From NCBI RefSeq assembly GCF_006345805.1, contig NC_043004.1, positions 85,870,001 through 85,934,000 of the forward strand: a stretch of 64,000 nt of DNA. The letters run 5' to 3'. Source of the stretch: Octopus sinensis (taxonomy: Eukaryota). Numbering within the stretch: the first letter of the stretch is position 1; the number at the start of each line of letters is the position of its first letter. Shown here in pieces: positions 25,388-40,180 of this stretch. A program made the position numbers and the translations under genes. The notes beneath the pieces were generated by a model that did no database searches, was not told the DNA's origin, and saw nothing but the letters and a program-made list of their open reading frames with translations.

Positions 25388-26443
25388 TATACATATATAT
25401 ATATATATAACATATATACACATACATATATAATATATATACTGTACATATAAGTATACTTACACACAGACATATATGTATATGTATATATATATATATA
25501 CATGTATATATACATCTATATAAATATACACATGTATATGCATTTATATGTTATTATATACATGCGTGTATGTGTGTGGGTGTGTGTGTGTGTACACATT
25601 TCATTGCATATATGTGTGTGCATATATGTATGTGTATATATTTAGGCATTTGTTTATGCGCCATTCTATTCTGATTCTAATCTTTTTTTAATTCTTCAAA
25701 TAAAGTCTAAAAACTAGGATGGTCACATTTTGTGTGTTCTTGTGTAATTGATTCGTGCTTCGTATACAAATAGAACAACATGAACACTGTACATGTTGCA
25801 TGGTGCATGTTGCATGACGCATGTTATTCTACGACTGTTTGCATTACCGTATACATGCGCATGTGTATATACGCATGCGCGTATGTTTGTATATGTACGA
25901 GCGTGTGTTTGTCTCTTTTCATTCTGAGAATTCTTCCAGTAAAAATCACCTTGTTTCTAACAAAGGAACGAAGCAACATCGTTGGAATTTAGGCAAAAAA
26001 TATGCATAACATTTACCTGTTGAATATTACGAAAGTGCTGGATATTTCATCTTTAATATTTCACTTCTTTTCAGTGATTGAACTATGGCCCTGCTAGAGC
26101 ACAAGCTTTGACAGTTTGTCAAACAAACTGACCCTGTGTCTGATTTTTTTTTTTTAGAGGAGGGGATCAGGTATTTAAGCTGTTGGTCTCTATTGCCGAA
26201 CAGATAAATTATCGAGACGTAACAGAACTAACAACTGTGTGTCAAGTTATGACTTACAGAAACAAATACAAACACGAAATATATTCATAAATATTATATG
26301 AAGTTTAAGTATATGGATATATATATAGTGCTGATTTAGGCCTGCAACCACTTATATAATCATTGCTTGTATTATCATTTATTAATATTGCCCTCGATAA
26401 TAATAGCAATAATAATATCTATATAAATATTCTCTCCTGAATA

Positions 26444-26493
<50 letters not shown>

Positions 26494-29264
26494 TATATAT
26501 ATATATATATTCATATATACACACACGCACATGTATGTATATATATATACACAAGTATGTATGTATATGTATGCAATAAAACGACGGGCTTCCACAAAGT
26601 TTCTATCTACCAAATTCACCCATTACCCATTGGTTCACCCGAAGCAAAAGCGGAAAACAGTTACTCTAGGTACCGCACACCTCGATTGAACCCGAAACCA
26701 TGTGCCTGGGAAGCGATATTCAACCCACATATGCACACATTTAAGCGCCCTTCACTGTTGTTATCTAGGCAATTAGTTTGCCTGAAAAGAAGAAATTTTC
26801 CAGATCGTAATCTCAACACATCTTAACATAAAACACGTACGTTCCCCCATGAATTTGGATTCAAATACAAATGCATAATTTGGACTGTGAACTTCTATTT
26901 CTCCAACCTGTTGGACATAAATGAATTTTGTCAGTATTTTTAAATGAAAATTATTGTAACTTAATTATAATAATAAAATTATTTTAAATGAAATTATCAT
27001 AACTGTGAGCTGACCCAGATTTCAGCGGATAGTTTTGTTCTTCTTGTAAATACTTATTTCTGAGTGAATGGCTTTAATATTTAGTGGCAACTTGCACGTG
27101 ATTTATTCTCACTTGTCAGACATCAGCATACAACAACAAATAATTTGTTTGCTGAAATTATTAAAAAACCCACACGTCCGGAACTAGCCTTGGCTGAGGA
27201 GACAAAGTGATGTTGAAACACCGGGTGTCTCAATTTCCCTTTACGCTAATGAATAGAGTGTAATGAACGTACATGCATCTGAAATGTGGTATTGTTCTCT
27301 AGTGAAGAAATTCAAAATCGATTAACATATTCAGTTTTGTATCTACTGGAATGTATTAAGAATAGACATGCATACCATAGTTTTGATTCTCACACGACAA
27401 TTTATTTTATAGGAATGGTTTACCAATATTCTTTATGTTGGAACATCGCTATATTCAGCATTTTTTTTTTCTTCATTGAACCATAAAGTCTATGAAATGT
27501 CTGAAATCGTTATAATATTGATTACAATACCTTGGAGTATTTGTTCTAACTTTTTAATTTGTGATGACGAGGCCTGCGACAATATATATACAATATTAGT
27601 GATCTTTAAGGTAAAGACTGACCTTTTGGAAAACACTACTTGTGTTTTTGGGTAGACTTACATACACGAAGAACTGCTTGTCTTATACATCACTAAATAT
27701 TTTGGCTAGGCATGCGCACACATATACACATAGACAGTCGACTCAGAACTGTCGGCGTCTCTTAATTTGTTGCTTCATTTTTCTCATTCCCATTGTGTAG
27801 CTTTATATATTGTTTCAGTAACAGCATACCGTATTATAAGATAATATTTTCATGAGTTTTCTGGCCAACTCCTGTTCACAAACGTAGCGTCTTGCACAGA
27901 TATATATGACATAATCAATATTTTTACCGCATTTTCAAGAATTATCATCTTCTCTGTTTCATATATTCAACAAATATTTAGTTACCATCTTTTAATTTTG
28001 GACCGCAATACCATAATCTTCGATATATTACGTAAAGTTAATGGTCACTAGTCATAAGCAAGGAAACATTTCTTATCGATATCGGAATCATTGCCAAATT
28101 CCAATGAAGATATTCATGGAAAATTTTATGTTGGTATGCAAAGTAGTTTCCCTTCTAGTCTTTGTTTATATACGATCGACCAATAGTTTTGAAATGGCTT
28201 CCAAAGTCATCGAGAAGTGGTTAATTCTTGGAGAATCTGCTACCAACTTGTAGATTATTGGTTCCTCTTACGCTGTAAAAATGGAGATATTTGTGTTTGT
28301 TATTGTTTGTCTTACTGGAATTGTCTGGCTAACATTATACGGCACCAGAAAGCTCTTTGTTTCGACCGTAAACTTCTTCCACCATTGTTGTTACTATTTA
28401 TTTTCATCTGCCTGGTATCAATTATTTCTTTTACTGGTTTCACACATTGAATTGCAGCCATACTCGATCACAACATTGAAGGGCTGTCATCGAACAAATC
28501 GATAACCACTACTTAGTTTTTAAAGTCTGGAATTACCTATTACGTCCCCTTATGCCGAACTGTTAAGTGGCAAGGACGTACGTAAAAGTGTGCCAGTAGT
28601 GAAACTGTGGGACAGACACGCACGCGTACGCATACATGCAGACATACAAATACACGCTCTCATACACACACTCATATACATGTGTATAAATACAACAGGC
28701 TTCTACATAGTTTCCATTTACACTACTATTTCTGTAGATGTTTCCAGATGCTATCAGAATCTAGCGTGTCTTAATATCAATGGAAAGTTATTTCCCCCCT
28801 TTTCCAGTTTAGTAGCCTAAATATTGTTGTCATTGTCAGATCTGCACCGGTTTCAACGAAGAGTATCCAATAGTGTTAATTGAATTGGTGTTGCAACGGC
28901 GGAGTATTCCAAAGACATATATACACTTTACGTAATATGAAAGTTTTGATATAGGATGACCTAGCTGGAGCATTATATTACATTACGTGAGTAAACCATC
29001 CGAAAGCCTTCCGGATAGTTTCACTCACGAAACGTGAAGCCATAAGTATAAAACAAACAAAAGAACACATGTCGAAGATGTCACACAATGGGATAGAACG
29101 TAGAACCTCCTGGTCACTCGGAGAACTTCTTAACCATTCGCTTTTTGCTGTTTCTGTAAATTCAAGAAATTTTGCTGCAAATATGTTGTGAAATCTAAGG
29201 TCTTGCAATAGGATAGCTCAGGTTTATATAAATTATAATAATTCTAGTTTAATATTATTTTCAC

Positions 29265-29475
29265 ATTTTGGCACAAAGCCAGCAATTTCGGGGAAGGGGC
29301 TAAGTCGATTAGATCGACCCAAGTCTTCAAGTGGAATTTATTTTACTGACCATGGAAGGATGAAAGACAATGTCGAGCTCGGTGGTGTTTGAGCTGACAA
29401 CTTAGACGACGCACGAAACGCCGATAAGAAGCGTGCTCAGCGTGCTAGTGAGTCTGCCAGCTCGCCGTCTTACAC
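29265..29475 (-). mobile_element. Family B SINE
   Basis: GGCACAAAGCCAGCAATTTC...CTGCCAGCTCGCCG. Confidence 0.8.
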
Positions 29476-29501
29476 TTTGGTATGATAATATTTTGGATAC
29501 T

Positions 29502-29806
29502 GAGGGTACGTGGCTTAGTGGTTAGGGCATTCGGCTCACGAGGGTGAGTACAATTCCCGGCGACGCGTTGTGTCCTTAAGCAAGACACTTTATTTCACGT
29601 TGCTCCACTCCACTCAGCTGGTAAAAATGAGTAGTACTTGTATTTCAAAGGGCCAGCCTTCTCACACTCTGTATCACGCTGAATCTTCCTGAGAACCACG
29701 TGTCTTTGGAATACTCTGCCACTTGCACGTTAATTTCTTGAGCCAGTTGTTCCGTTGATCGTATCAGATGGGACCCTCATCGTCGTAACTGACGAAGTGC
29801 TCCTAT
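29502..29806 (+). mobile_element. tRNA-derived SINE, family K
   Basis: A-box TGGCTTAGTGG; central TGTGTCCTTAAGCAAGACACTTTATTTCAC. Confidence 0.75.
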
Positions 29807-29829
29807 TTCGGATAACTATCTATTTTATA

Positions 29830-29960
29830 TATTTATTATTTACATTATTTACATTTGACGGATATTTGTCCTCATCTTGTTTGTTGTTAACACAACGTTT
29901 CGGCTGATATACCCTCCAGCCTTCATGAGGTCTCTTGGGGAAATTTCGAACCTGGGTCCT
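29830..29960 (-). mobile_element. Family F 3' half with hammerhead motif (29889-29934; this copy G5->C)
   Basis: Near-identical to 6045-6170; GAGAC-CTCATGA-A-GGCTG-gagggtatat-CAGCC-GAA-ACGT-T-GTGTT. Confidence 0.85.
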
Positions 29961-29997
29961 CACTCCATTTTGGTTTAATACATTATACTACAAAATA

Positions 29998-30820
29998 AGC
30001 TAGCGAGCTGGAAGAATCGTTAGCACACCGGGTGAAATGCTTAGCGGCATTTCGTCCGTCTTTCCGTTCTGAGTTCAAATTCCGCCTAGGTCGACTTTGA
30101 CTTTTATCCTTTCGGGATCGATAAATTAAGTACCAATTGTGTACTGGTGTCGATCTAATCGATTGGCCCTCTCCCCCAAAATTTCGGGCCTTGTGTCTAG
30201 AGTAGAAAAGAATAGTTAGGACGCCGGGCAAAATGCTTAGCGGCATTTCGTCTGCCGTTACGTTCTGAATTCAAATTCCGCAGAGGTCGACTTTGCCTTT
30301 CATCCTTTCGGGGTCGATACATTAAGTACTAGGTACGCACTGGGGTCGATATAATCGAATTAATCCGTTTGTCTATCCTTGTTTGTCCCCTCTGTGTACC
30401 CCTTTGTGGGTAGTAAAAAATAGGTATTTCGTCTGTCTTTAAGTTCTAGTTCAAATTTCGCCGAGGTCTACTTTGCTTTTTATCCTTTTGCTGTCGATAA
30501 ATTAAGTACCAGATGCGTATTGGGGTCGGTGTAGTTGACTTACGCCTTCCTCCGAAATTACTGGCCTTGTGCCAAAATTCGATATCGCTATGTTATAGAA
30601 TACTCTAAGGCAGTACGCTGGTAGAATCGTAGGCACGCCGAGTGAAATGCTGAGCGGTATTTGGTCCGTTTTTACATTCTGAGTTCAAATTCTGCCATGT
30701 ATGAGTTTGAAATTCATCCATCGAGCTCGATAAAATAAGCACTATTTGAGTACTGGGGGCCGATGTAATCGACTTATCCCCTTCCCCACGAATTTGCAGG
30801 CCTTGTGCCAAAATTTGAAA
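29998..30820 (+). mobile_element. Head-to-tail array of four A/B SINEs
   Basis: B (29998-30213), A (30215-30421), headless B (30422-30590), B (30610-30820). Confidence 0.88.
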
Positions 30821-31110
30821 CCGCTATTTTACACTACACATCTAACTTATTGGAATTTCGGTCTGTATGTGTATTTCCTTTCAGAAAACTACCCACTTTA
30901 TACGTTCCGTTAGCGTGTATTTGCTGGTGCACTGACCGGAAATCCAGCTCTGATTTAATAATCCCTTTGTATTTCCTATGTTATAATATATTTTGATCAA
31001 TGGCGAAGTTGCAGCAAAAAATTGTGCTCGTTGCAGTAATAAAAATGTAATATATATCATATCTGTGTATCTGCCTACTGAAAATGTAAGAAATAACTTT
31101 ATATATAAAC

Positions 31111-31215
<105 letters not shown>

Positions 31216-31254
31216 ATATATATATATGTATCTCCTTCGAAACGAGAAGATAGA

Positions 31255-31255
31255 C

Positions 31256-31332
<77 letters not shown>

Positions 31333-31437
31333 CAGAGATAGATACAGAGATAGATACAGAGATAGATGGATACAGAGATAGATAGATTCAGAGATAAATA
31401 GATACAGAGATAGACAGATAGATAGATAGATAGATAT

Positions 31438-31497
<60 letters not shown>

Positions 31498-31500
31498 GGA
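31255..31500. repeat. (AGAT)n microsatellite
   Basis: GATA units with ACAG variants. Confidence 0.95.
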
Positions 31501-31541
31501 AGCAGACAGGCAAACTGATGAAAGTGAGTGGAAGAATGACA

Positions 31542-31576
<35 letters not shown>

Positions 31577-32350
31577 TGAAGTTACTTGTATATGTTGGGA
31601 TTCTGGCTTTCCCACGTTAAATTTTCAAGGTGAGAATATTTCTATATCAGCTGAAAATGTCGCTCCTTAATCCAGCTGTTTCTCAATACACACGCGAAAG
31701 CATATACAACAGCGTCTATGAACGTGGTAAGAAAAAAAAAAGACAGAAAGAAATAAAGAAGAAAGAAGAAAGAAGAAAGAAAGAGAGTAGGAAAGCGTGT
31801 TTCAGTTTGTTTTATCGTACAAATATATATATAAAAGTGCTCAATACACCTTTATAAGCTATTATATGGATGTGTCATCAAGATTACACCGCAAATAGGC
31901 ACACGACACATACGTATGTACGTACGTAGCTACATATATGGAAGCATGTGGTTTCGTATTTAAGGATAGGTGTATGCAATGTACGTGTGCGATCTCTGTA
32001 CGTATGTATGATTGTATATACATATATATGTTTGTGTGTGTGTCTGTGCGTGAATATGTATACGTCGATGGATGTATGGGTGGGTGTGTGGATGGCTAGA
32101 TTTTCTGTGCTTTTTGATTGTCTGTAAGTTGTGGTGGTGGGCGGGAGCGGCAACTGTGAGAGAAACTGTGTTTAGCGAAGACTGTGTATCTATGCCTGAT
32201 TCCATTATTGTGTGTGTGTGTGTGTGTGTGTGGTTGAGTGGGTGTGTGCGTGCGTATACACACACATACATGGAAAAACCATGCGTAGATACGTAGTATA
32301 TAATTATATATATATATACATATATATATATGTGTGTGTGTATACACATA

Positions 32351-32394
<44 letters not shown>

Positions 32395-32773
32395 ATATAT
32401 TATATTTATATACACACACTTATACACATACGTATAAACAGGCATAACTATATGTTTAAGGATGCATTTATATATGTGTACTCCGCTCACAATGTATGTG
32501 CGTTTGTGTATATATACGTAAGTATGTTTGAGTGTGTGTGTGTGTATGTGTGTGTGTGTGTGTGTGCCTCTGTGTGCATGTGTGTGTGTACGTGCTTGTG
32601 ATTACAGTTCTCGGTGAGGTCAGAATCATACACGTGTGTGAGGAGGTGTGTAAATGAACTATTTTTTCCCTCTAAATGGCTGTTCCATCTGCTTAGGTGT
32701 GAGGTAGGAGTCGAGCAGGGAGAAGCTGCGCCTTGTATTGATGTTGGGTTTGACTAGATAGATAGATAGGCAG

Positions 32774-32810
<37 letters not shown>

Positions 32811-32854
32811 TGGATGGATAGATGTATAGCTAGTTATGTTGGTAGGTAGGCAGG

Positions 32855-32946
<92 letters not shown>

Positions 32947-33045
32947 CAATTTTTTAGACTGGTAGATATCCGGGTAGATATCTACCTCGGTTGATTGGCT
33001 ATTTGGTTGGTAGGTGTGTGAAGAGATTTACACATGTGAACATCT

Positions 33046-33116
<71 letters not shown>

Positions 33117-33601
33117 TATATATATATGTGTGTGGTGTATATATATATATATATATGGTTATATGCGTGCATATATGTGTATAGATAACTAGCTATGTGA
33201 CTAGGTCGGAAAGTAGGGAGCTGTAAATAGGGAGGTGTAGATCGGTTTAGGGGCTGGGTAGTTAGCTCGCCATGTGAGCTGATATATACATGAGTAGTTA
33301 AGGCCTCTATTTCAATTAATGTGTAACTATGATGTTGATAAATTTCAGTACTATGAACGACTTTCCACTTATGACAACCCAGTATTATTTTCACTGGTGA
33401 TGTATCTACGACTACTTTACACAATGTTTCGTGTTTTTAAGATGCAATGATGTGATTTGAGAGGGGGATTTGACTGTGATATCTAGCAGGTTTAACGACC
33501 ACATACTCTCACTTTCAGATAACTATCGCACAATAGCTGCGTGAATACCCACATAGAAAAATAGACACATCTACAAAAAAATACATTTTCTCTCTCTCTC
33601 C

Positions 33602-33640
<39 letters not shown>

Positions 33641-34424
33641 AATCATATATATATATACACATAGATGCCTACATTCATATACGTATGTTCGTAGGTAAAT
33701 AAGTACAGAGGTGAAAATATGTTTGTGTATTTATGCGTAGACATAGAAAACAGAGTGTGTATGTGCATACATGCATACATACATACATACATATATATAT
33801 CATGCACAAATATATACACACACATATACATATATTTATATATATATATGTATGTATATGTATATATATATACATGCATGCATACATATATACATCATGC
33901 ATAAATATATTCACATACATATACATATATATATTACATATATAAACATGTATAAATATATATGTGTATATATATATATTATATATATATATATATATAT
34001 ACACATATATATATATATAAACATGTATAAATATATATGTTGTGAGTGTGTGTGTGTATCTATGTATCTATGCATACATAGTCACGTGAATGCATGTGTA
34101 TATATATATATGTATATACATATGTGAGTGAGTAGAAAGACAGGTGGGTAAGTTGTGAGGTAGGCATTTATGTAGGTCAGCTGCAATAGACAGAAGAAAC
34201 ACTGGCTGATAAACACAAAGACTTTGACAAATATATTTAAAGACGAGCAAATAGACAGATGGACAGACAGATAAAATGGGCAACCTTGTACGTAGGCATG
34301 TTTAGTTTTTGCTTTTCTTTATATACACATACACATATGTGTACACATATAAACGTAGACATACATATACAAATGTACAGACACATACACGCAAACGCAC
34401 ACAAATATATATATAATTTTGTGT

Positions 34425-34655
34425 AAGGCGGCGAGCTGGCAGAAACGTTAGCACTCCGGGCGAAATGCGTAGCCGTATTTCGTCTGCCGTTACGTTCTGT
34501 GTTCAAATTCTGCCGAGGTCGACTTTGCCTTTCATCCATTCGGGGTCGATAAATTAAGTACCAGCTACGCACTGGGCTCGTTGTAATCGACTTAATCCCT
34601 TTGTCTGTCCTTGTTTGACCTCTCTGTGTTTAGCCCCTTGTGGGTAGCAAAGAAA
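34425..34655 (+). mobile_element. Family A SINE, full length
   Basis: Complete head, body and A tail; flanks AAATATATATATAATT..GTGT on both sides (probable TSD). Confidence 0.93.
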
Positions 34656-35104
34656 TATATATATATAATTGTGTGTGTGTGTGAAATTATCGTATTTGGA
34701 TTCTCCCGTCAATTTCGCCTATGAATGTCTAACAGCATATTTTTCTTTTGTTTGCTTTTAGTCTTTGTATATCCGTTTATTTTCTTTTAGGTTTGATATA
34801 TCTGTCTCTTTTATGAGGCTTTAATCCAGCCACCGATTTACAGACCAGTCCACAGATTGGACATATGAAAGGGTTGCTGTACAAAGCGGCCGACATTTTA
34901 GCGTGAGACTTAGTCTTCGCTCTGAGTCCCTTAAGATGATCTAGTCGGCCCAGTTCATAGTTCTTTATGGTCTTATATCAAATGTTATAAGATCATTTTT
35001 TTTTGTTTTACAAATATTACTGTGGAAGTCTTTATAACTTTGAAGTTAGCTTTCAGCTCATCTTTATATCATATATATGTAGTTCATTGCGGGTGGTCGT
35101 TTCT

Positions 35105-35336
35105 TATTTTTTTATTGCCCACAAGGTGCTAAACACAGGGGTAACAAACAAGGAGAAACAAAAGGATTAAGTAGAATACGTTGACCCCAGTGCGTTACTG
35201 GTACTTAATTTAACGATCCCGAAAGGATGAAAGGCAAAGTCGACCTCGGCGGAATTTGAACTCAGAACGTAAAGACAGACGAAATGCCGTTAAGTATTTC
35301 GCCCGGCGTACTAACGTTTCTGCCAGCTCACCGCCT
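35105..35336 (-). mobile_element. Family A SINE with 18-bp TSD
   Basis: TTGCGGGTGGTCGTTTCT at 35087-35104 and 35337-35354. Confidence 0.95.
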
Positions 35337-36194
35337 TTGCGGGTGGTCGTTTCTGCATAAGCAGAAACCTCGATTGAGCGCAGACCGTATTATCATTCTT
35401 TGTAGGCACGATCAGATGAACTCATTTCTTTTATTCGACACAGCGCTATTTCTAGTAAATTTCTCAATTTTTCAGATGAGCATAAATGGTGACTACCATG
35501 TTTGTTCTATACTTTTGGTTCTACAATTATTCTCTATTTCACCGTTGAATTGGTTTATCCGCTCTCTTTTAAACACCAAATATATTTTATAAATGATGTT
35601 ATATTACTTTTGATTTCTAAATGAATTGTTGCGCGGCATTAATCTAGTTTTGTGTCAACTAATATAACAATATAGCTTTATAGTATTAGATCTGCAGATA
35701 TATCTCTATGTACTTTTTTCATGCCCCTCCCCCTCTTGGGTTTATCCAGTTACATTCGGTTTACATTGCTTGCTTGGTTTTTATGGATATTGAGCCTTGA
35801 CTAACAACCCACAGTTCTTCTTTAGAACTGCAAATCGGTAGTCACAGAGCAATACCTATATGTTACGGGATATCCTGTGCCTTTCAACTTGGTGTCAAAC
35901 TTCTTTCATTTCTGTAATAAAATTTTTGCTGTTTTGTTAAAAATCATTTCGTTTTATTATGCATTAAGTAAGTCGATGCTGATGTTTTCTTCTTCCAACC
36001 AGGACTCATGCTATTACCCACAAATAATAATCTCTAATTCGAGCCTACTCTAAGCTACTAAGAATGCGTGTGGCAACTTGAAGATCCACGCACCACACGC
36101 GATAGACTGGCAGTCGCACGGGCGCGAAAGCTACGTTGTTATCCTCATTCCGTAAACGGTGGCTTTTAACGGGTGGAGAGCTGAGTCATCCTGG

Positions 36195-36475
36195 GGTACA
36201 GAGGATTCACAATCTAAATTAGGGTCTGAAAGTTTACCACACCATTGTGGGTTAACTCATGGTTCCTCTGAATTGTGGCAGAAGTATGAAGAAAGAGTGA
36301 GAGAAAGTTGTGGTGAAAGAGTTCAGCAGGGTTCACCACCAACCCCTGCCGGAGCCTCGTGGAGCTTAGGTGTTTTTGCTCAATAAACACTGATAATGCC
36401 CGGCCTGGGAATCAAAACCGCGTTCTTACGACATCAAGTCCGCTGCCCTAACCACTGGGCCATTATGCCTCCACT
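36195..36475 (-). mobile_element. tRNA-derived SINE, family J
   Basis: Minus-strand head GTGGAGGCATAATGGCCCAGTGGTTAGGGCAGCGGAC...GGTTTTGATTCCCAGG. Confidence 0.75.
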
Positions 36476-39454
36476 CGATGCTGATGTTGTCTATAGTGTG
36501 ATGTGTATTCGGAAACGGGTGACGGAAGCAGTCTATTTGCATTTTTGTAATATGAAGTTATGGTGGGTGATTGTGATTGTGCTTTCAAAGAATACCTTAA
36601 GTACGGAATTTATGTAAATTTGCAGTTAAGGTATATTCAGGTGAAATTATACATACTGGACACACTGATAGCGAAAGAAAAAAAAGATCCACTAACATAA
36701 ACATAAGGCCTTACAGATGTTCTACGTTAAGGTGTTACAGTTTAAACTACTGTTTTAACTACTGTTTTTATAATTCTTCCTAAATCTCTCCATACTTGTT
36801 GCTGGATTCCTTTAGCCCATCATCTCTGTATAGTCCTCTTTTTGTGTTAGAGGATTTTGTTTTATTTTCAGTATGTGTTGTATTCACAATCCGTCTGGAT
36901 ATGCCAGTTATGCTTTTATTAGCTATTTTCGATATATCTGTGATCATTTCCGTGAGTATTTTAGTCTTGTTTTTGTTTGTTTTTGTTTATTAGTTAACTG
37001 CAAAAAGGAAGTCCTTATTTCCGTGTCTTTGGATGTGCTTCAGCGCACATATGTGAATGGTACAACTGACCACTCCAACTTGAAACTGAGAATGCTGCAA
37101 AATGTTTAGAGAAGTGTTTTTTTCGTTAAGATTGGTAAAAAAGAAGATAAGAATGGCCCTGCAATTAGAGAGTTTGATTCTTTACGAACTCGTACCAAGT
37201 TTGTTTTTTCAACGCTACGATTTTGGAACTTACTTCCATTTTATTCATGAGTTGACCAGCATACTCGAAGATGAAAACTGTGCGGAAATCTGCGAAGACG
37301 ATGGGAGTCCGTCTGTGCGTTGTATGTATATAAACACGTGTGTGCGTGTGTATGTGTTGTATAGTCTAGAAAATTTTTTATTTTCACTGTAACTCTCGGT
37401 CTCCGAGTGATTCTTCAACTTCTACCAATTATTAATTTTTAAAAAAGGCACATAAAAATACATATAAATTCATGTTCTGAGCTTCGTATATAATGCCGAA
37501 GTGGAGCGAATGCCTCGAAGGTCCATATGACCTAAGATATCTTGAAAATATTGTTTGCCTAACTATATGTGATAGGGCACAATGAAAAAGTTAAGCATCA
37601 AGCGGATACCGAAAATTAATAAAGCAGAGAAACAGGGGCTCGAACATTAATCAAGCATTCCATAAATAATATCGGTATAATGTGAGGAAATACTTAACAG
37701 CTCTATGGCTAACGTTTATGTGAAAATAGATATAAATATACAATATAAATAATGCACATATAATTGGGAAAATGTCATCTTACATATGTCATTTCGTGAT
37801 ATTTGTTTTTCTGAAATCTTTCTTGACTTCCAATTAGGTAAAACTAAGGATAAGTTAATATGATTGCTGAAACTGAAACTCACTATGCTTGATACGTAAC
37901 ACGTTATGCTTCATTGTACAAACGTAAAATGTTAAGGCTATTAACAGCAAAGGTGGTTAGGAAAAAAATAAGACAGAATATGTATATTGCAACATCAAAG
38001 AGGATAAACACCAGTGTTAATCAATAGATATGCCAGCGAGGAATCTAGAATGCAGATATATTTCCAAGTGATGTGTGGTTTAATGAATCCTGGCAGTCGT
38101 TATGTGTTATATAATATCATATAAAATGAACGAGACAATTTTTAAATATCAAGTGATGAAATAAGTGCATCAAACACACTGTCAAAAGTGGGAAAATTAA
38201 CAGCTTGAAGAATTTTTCAATAAGTTCTTTGAACCTTTGAATACGTAGATGTTTGGTGCAGCTCAGATCTAATTATACGGAATTCTTTTTCCCTTTTCTT
38301 TCTTTTTTTTTTTTTAATTTTGAAAATTTGGAGAGAAAATTCTTCGCATATTTGTAAAGGATCAAATGTACGACTAAGTTCCCCACAATTTAATATTTGA
38401 GATCTAAGCTGTCAGGGAGCATGGTTTAATAAATCTGTATGAGATATATTGCAATTTGCGTCAGTGCTTCATGATGTAAATACCGAAAACGGTTTCAATA
38501 GTCATGAAAATATATTAGCAAAAGCATTTCCTGAAAACGTACCAAAATTCTCGAAATTTCAATCACTCTATTAAGCATCGTGTTTAGCAAGAAAGAAATG
38601 TAATATTATCCATAGGATCATGAATCTTGATAGAAAAATAACTTTAGTTCAGCACCACAGCTTTCAAATAAAGACTATCTGTAAAAGGATTGCAATCAAT
38701 TACTTCGTTGAAGGCAGTCTAAAAATAACAAAATCTTTGGAATTTAGCTTGCCTTTTATTTCTTGAAATATCAAAATAACAGCTTTGAATTTAACATTTT
38801 CTGCTTCATTTCCAATACACGATATCAAACAAAATTACTTACTAGGAAGTCCAATGTACAGCTCAAAAAACATAATGCTACGCAATTACAACTCTAATAC
38901 AGAATACTGAAATAAAAACATAATAAGTATGATATTATTTACAGAGTGAAACACAAAAATATGCGGCTATCACGCAATTAAACCGTTGTTGAGAATATGC
39001 TAATCTATAATTACATGTTTTGGAGATTGAAAACATCCACAGTTAAATTATACGAAATCCAAATATATCCTGGTATATAGCATAGACTGAATTTCATGCC
39101 TGGAATCATAAATAAACTGTAATATAGAAAATAATATAAAACTCGAAATATTCGGGTTTCATTATAATATAGATTGGAAGAGGGAAATTATTGCTAGTAA
39201 AATTCGCAGGAAAAAAATAAAATAGGATTTGCGACAAAAACGCTTTTAGAAATCGAAAAAAAATGTTATAATATTCCTCGCTTTTAGAGAGATATTGTGG
39301 AAAGAACGTTTGGTAATTAATCTCCTTGTGTCAGGTATGAAGCAAGAATCACTAGAAAACTTACCGAATGTCTTGGAATCTTCATAAATGAAGAGAATTT
39401 GTAAGTTATAACTGTAATCAAGTATGTTTTGTTATATTGGATTAACGAGAGATT

Positions 39455-40060
39455 CTTCCGGAGACAACCAAAAGAATCATTTAACCCAGACTGCATTCTT
39501 CCAACTATTAAACATAGAGGAGGATCTGTGATGATCGGGTTTGGGGGAGCTGTATCTTCGAAATCCACCGGCTCAATGGTTTCCCTTCATGGCAGAATTA
39601 ATAGTCAAGACTATTTAAAACTATTTAAGCATTTTATCTGATCAAATTCATTCTATTCTTGTGGAACGGTTTCCGGAGGGAAACTCAATCTTTCAGGATG
39701 ATAATGCAACAATTCACACAGCTAAAATTTGTTACTGAATGGCACGAGGAACATTCTAGTGAAATGAAACTCCTTATCCGGCCACGACAATCCTCAGATT
39801 TCAATATTATTGACAATTTATGGTGCATTTTAGAAAACGAAGTATGGAGTCGATATCGTCCACCATCATCACTACTGGAGATCTGGAGATTGTTTTAGCT
39901 GAAGAATGGACAAGAATTCCTTTGGAAGCAACTCAAACTTTGTACGAGTCCATACCGCGTGGAATTCAAGGTCTAATTACTGCTAAAGGCGGGCTTAACC
40001 CATATTAAAATAAATTTGTTTGAAATTTTAAGGTGTTTCCATTATTTTGTCCAACCTCTG
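39455..40060 (+). mobile_element. Tc1/mariner transposase remnant (catalytic C-terminus) with right TIR and TA
   Basis: PTIKHRGGSVM...IFQDDNATIHTAK...PRQSSDFNIIDNLW...IPRGIQGLITAKGG with frameshifts; ends GGTGTTTCCATTATTTTGTCCAACCTCTG|TA. Confidence 0.9.
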
Positions 40061-40126
<66 letters not shown>

Positions 40127-40127
40127 T

Positions 40128-40158
<31 letters not shown>

Positions 40159-40180
40159 GTATACATACACACATATAATA

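Noticed and set aside
3860-30820. CRISPR-like or bacterial interpretation of recurring ~200-bp units
   Set aside because: Units are diverged dispersed SINEs without repeat-spacer periodicity; no cas genes; sequence is eukaryotic.
31651-31725. Possible exon (AG...G|GTAAGA; MSLLNPAVSQYTRESIYNSVYERG)
   Set aside because: Weak acceptor, no homology recognised, stop in the frame that would join the 1311 candidate.
36872-37109. Acceptor/donor-like sites and hydrophobic ORFs
   Set aside because: Implied intron of only ~42 nt, T-rich compositional bias, no recognisable protein.
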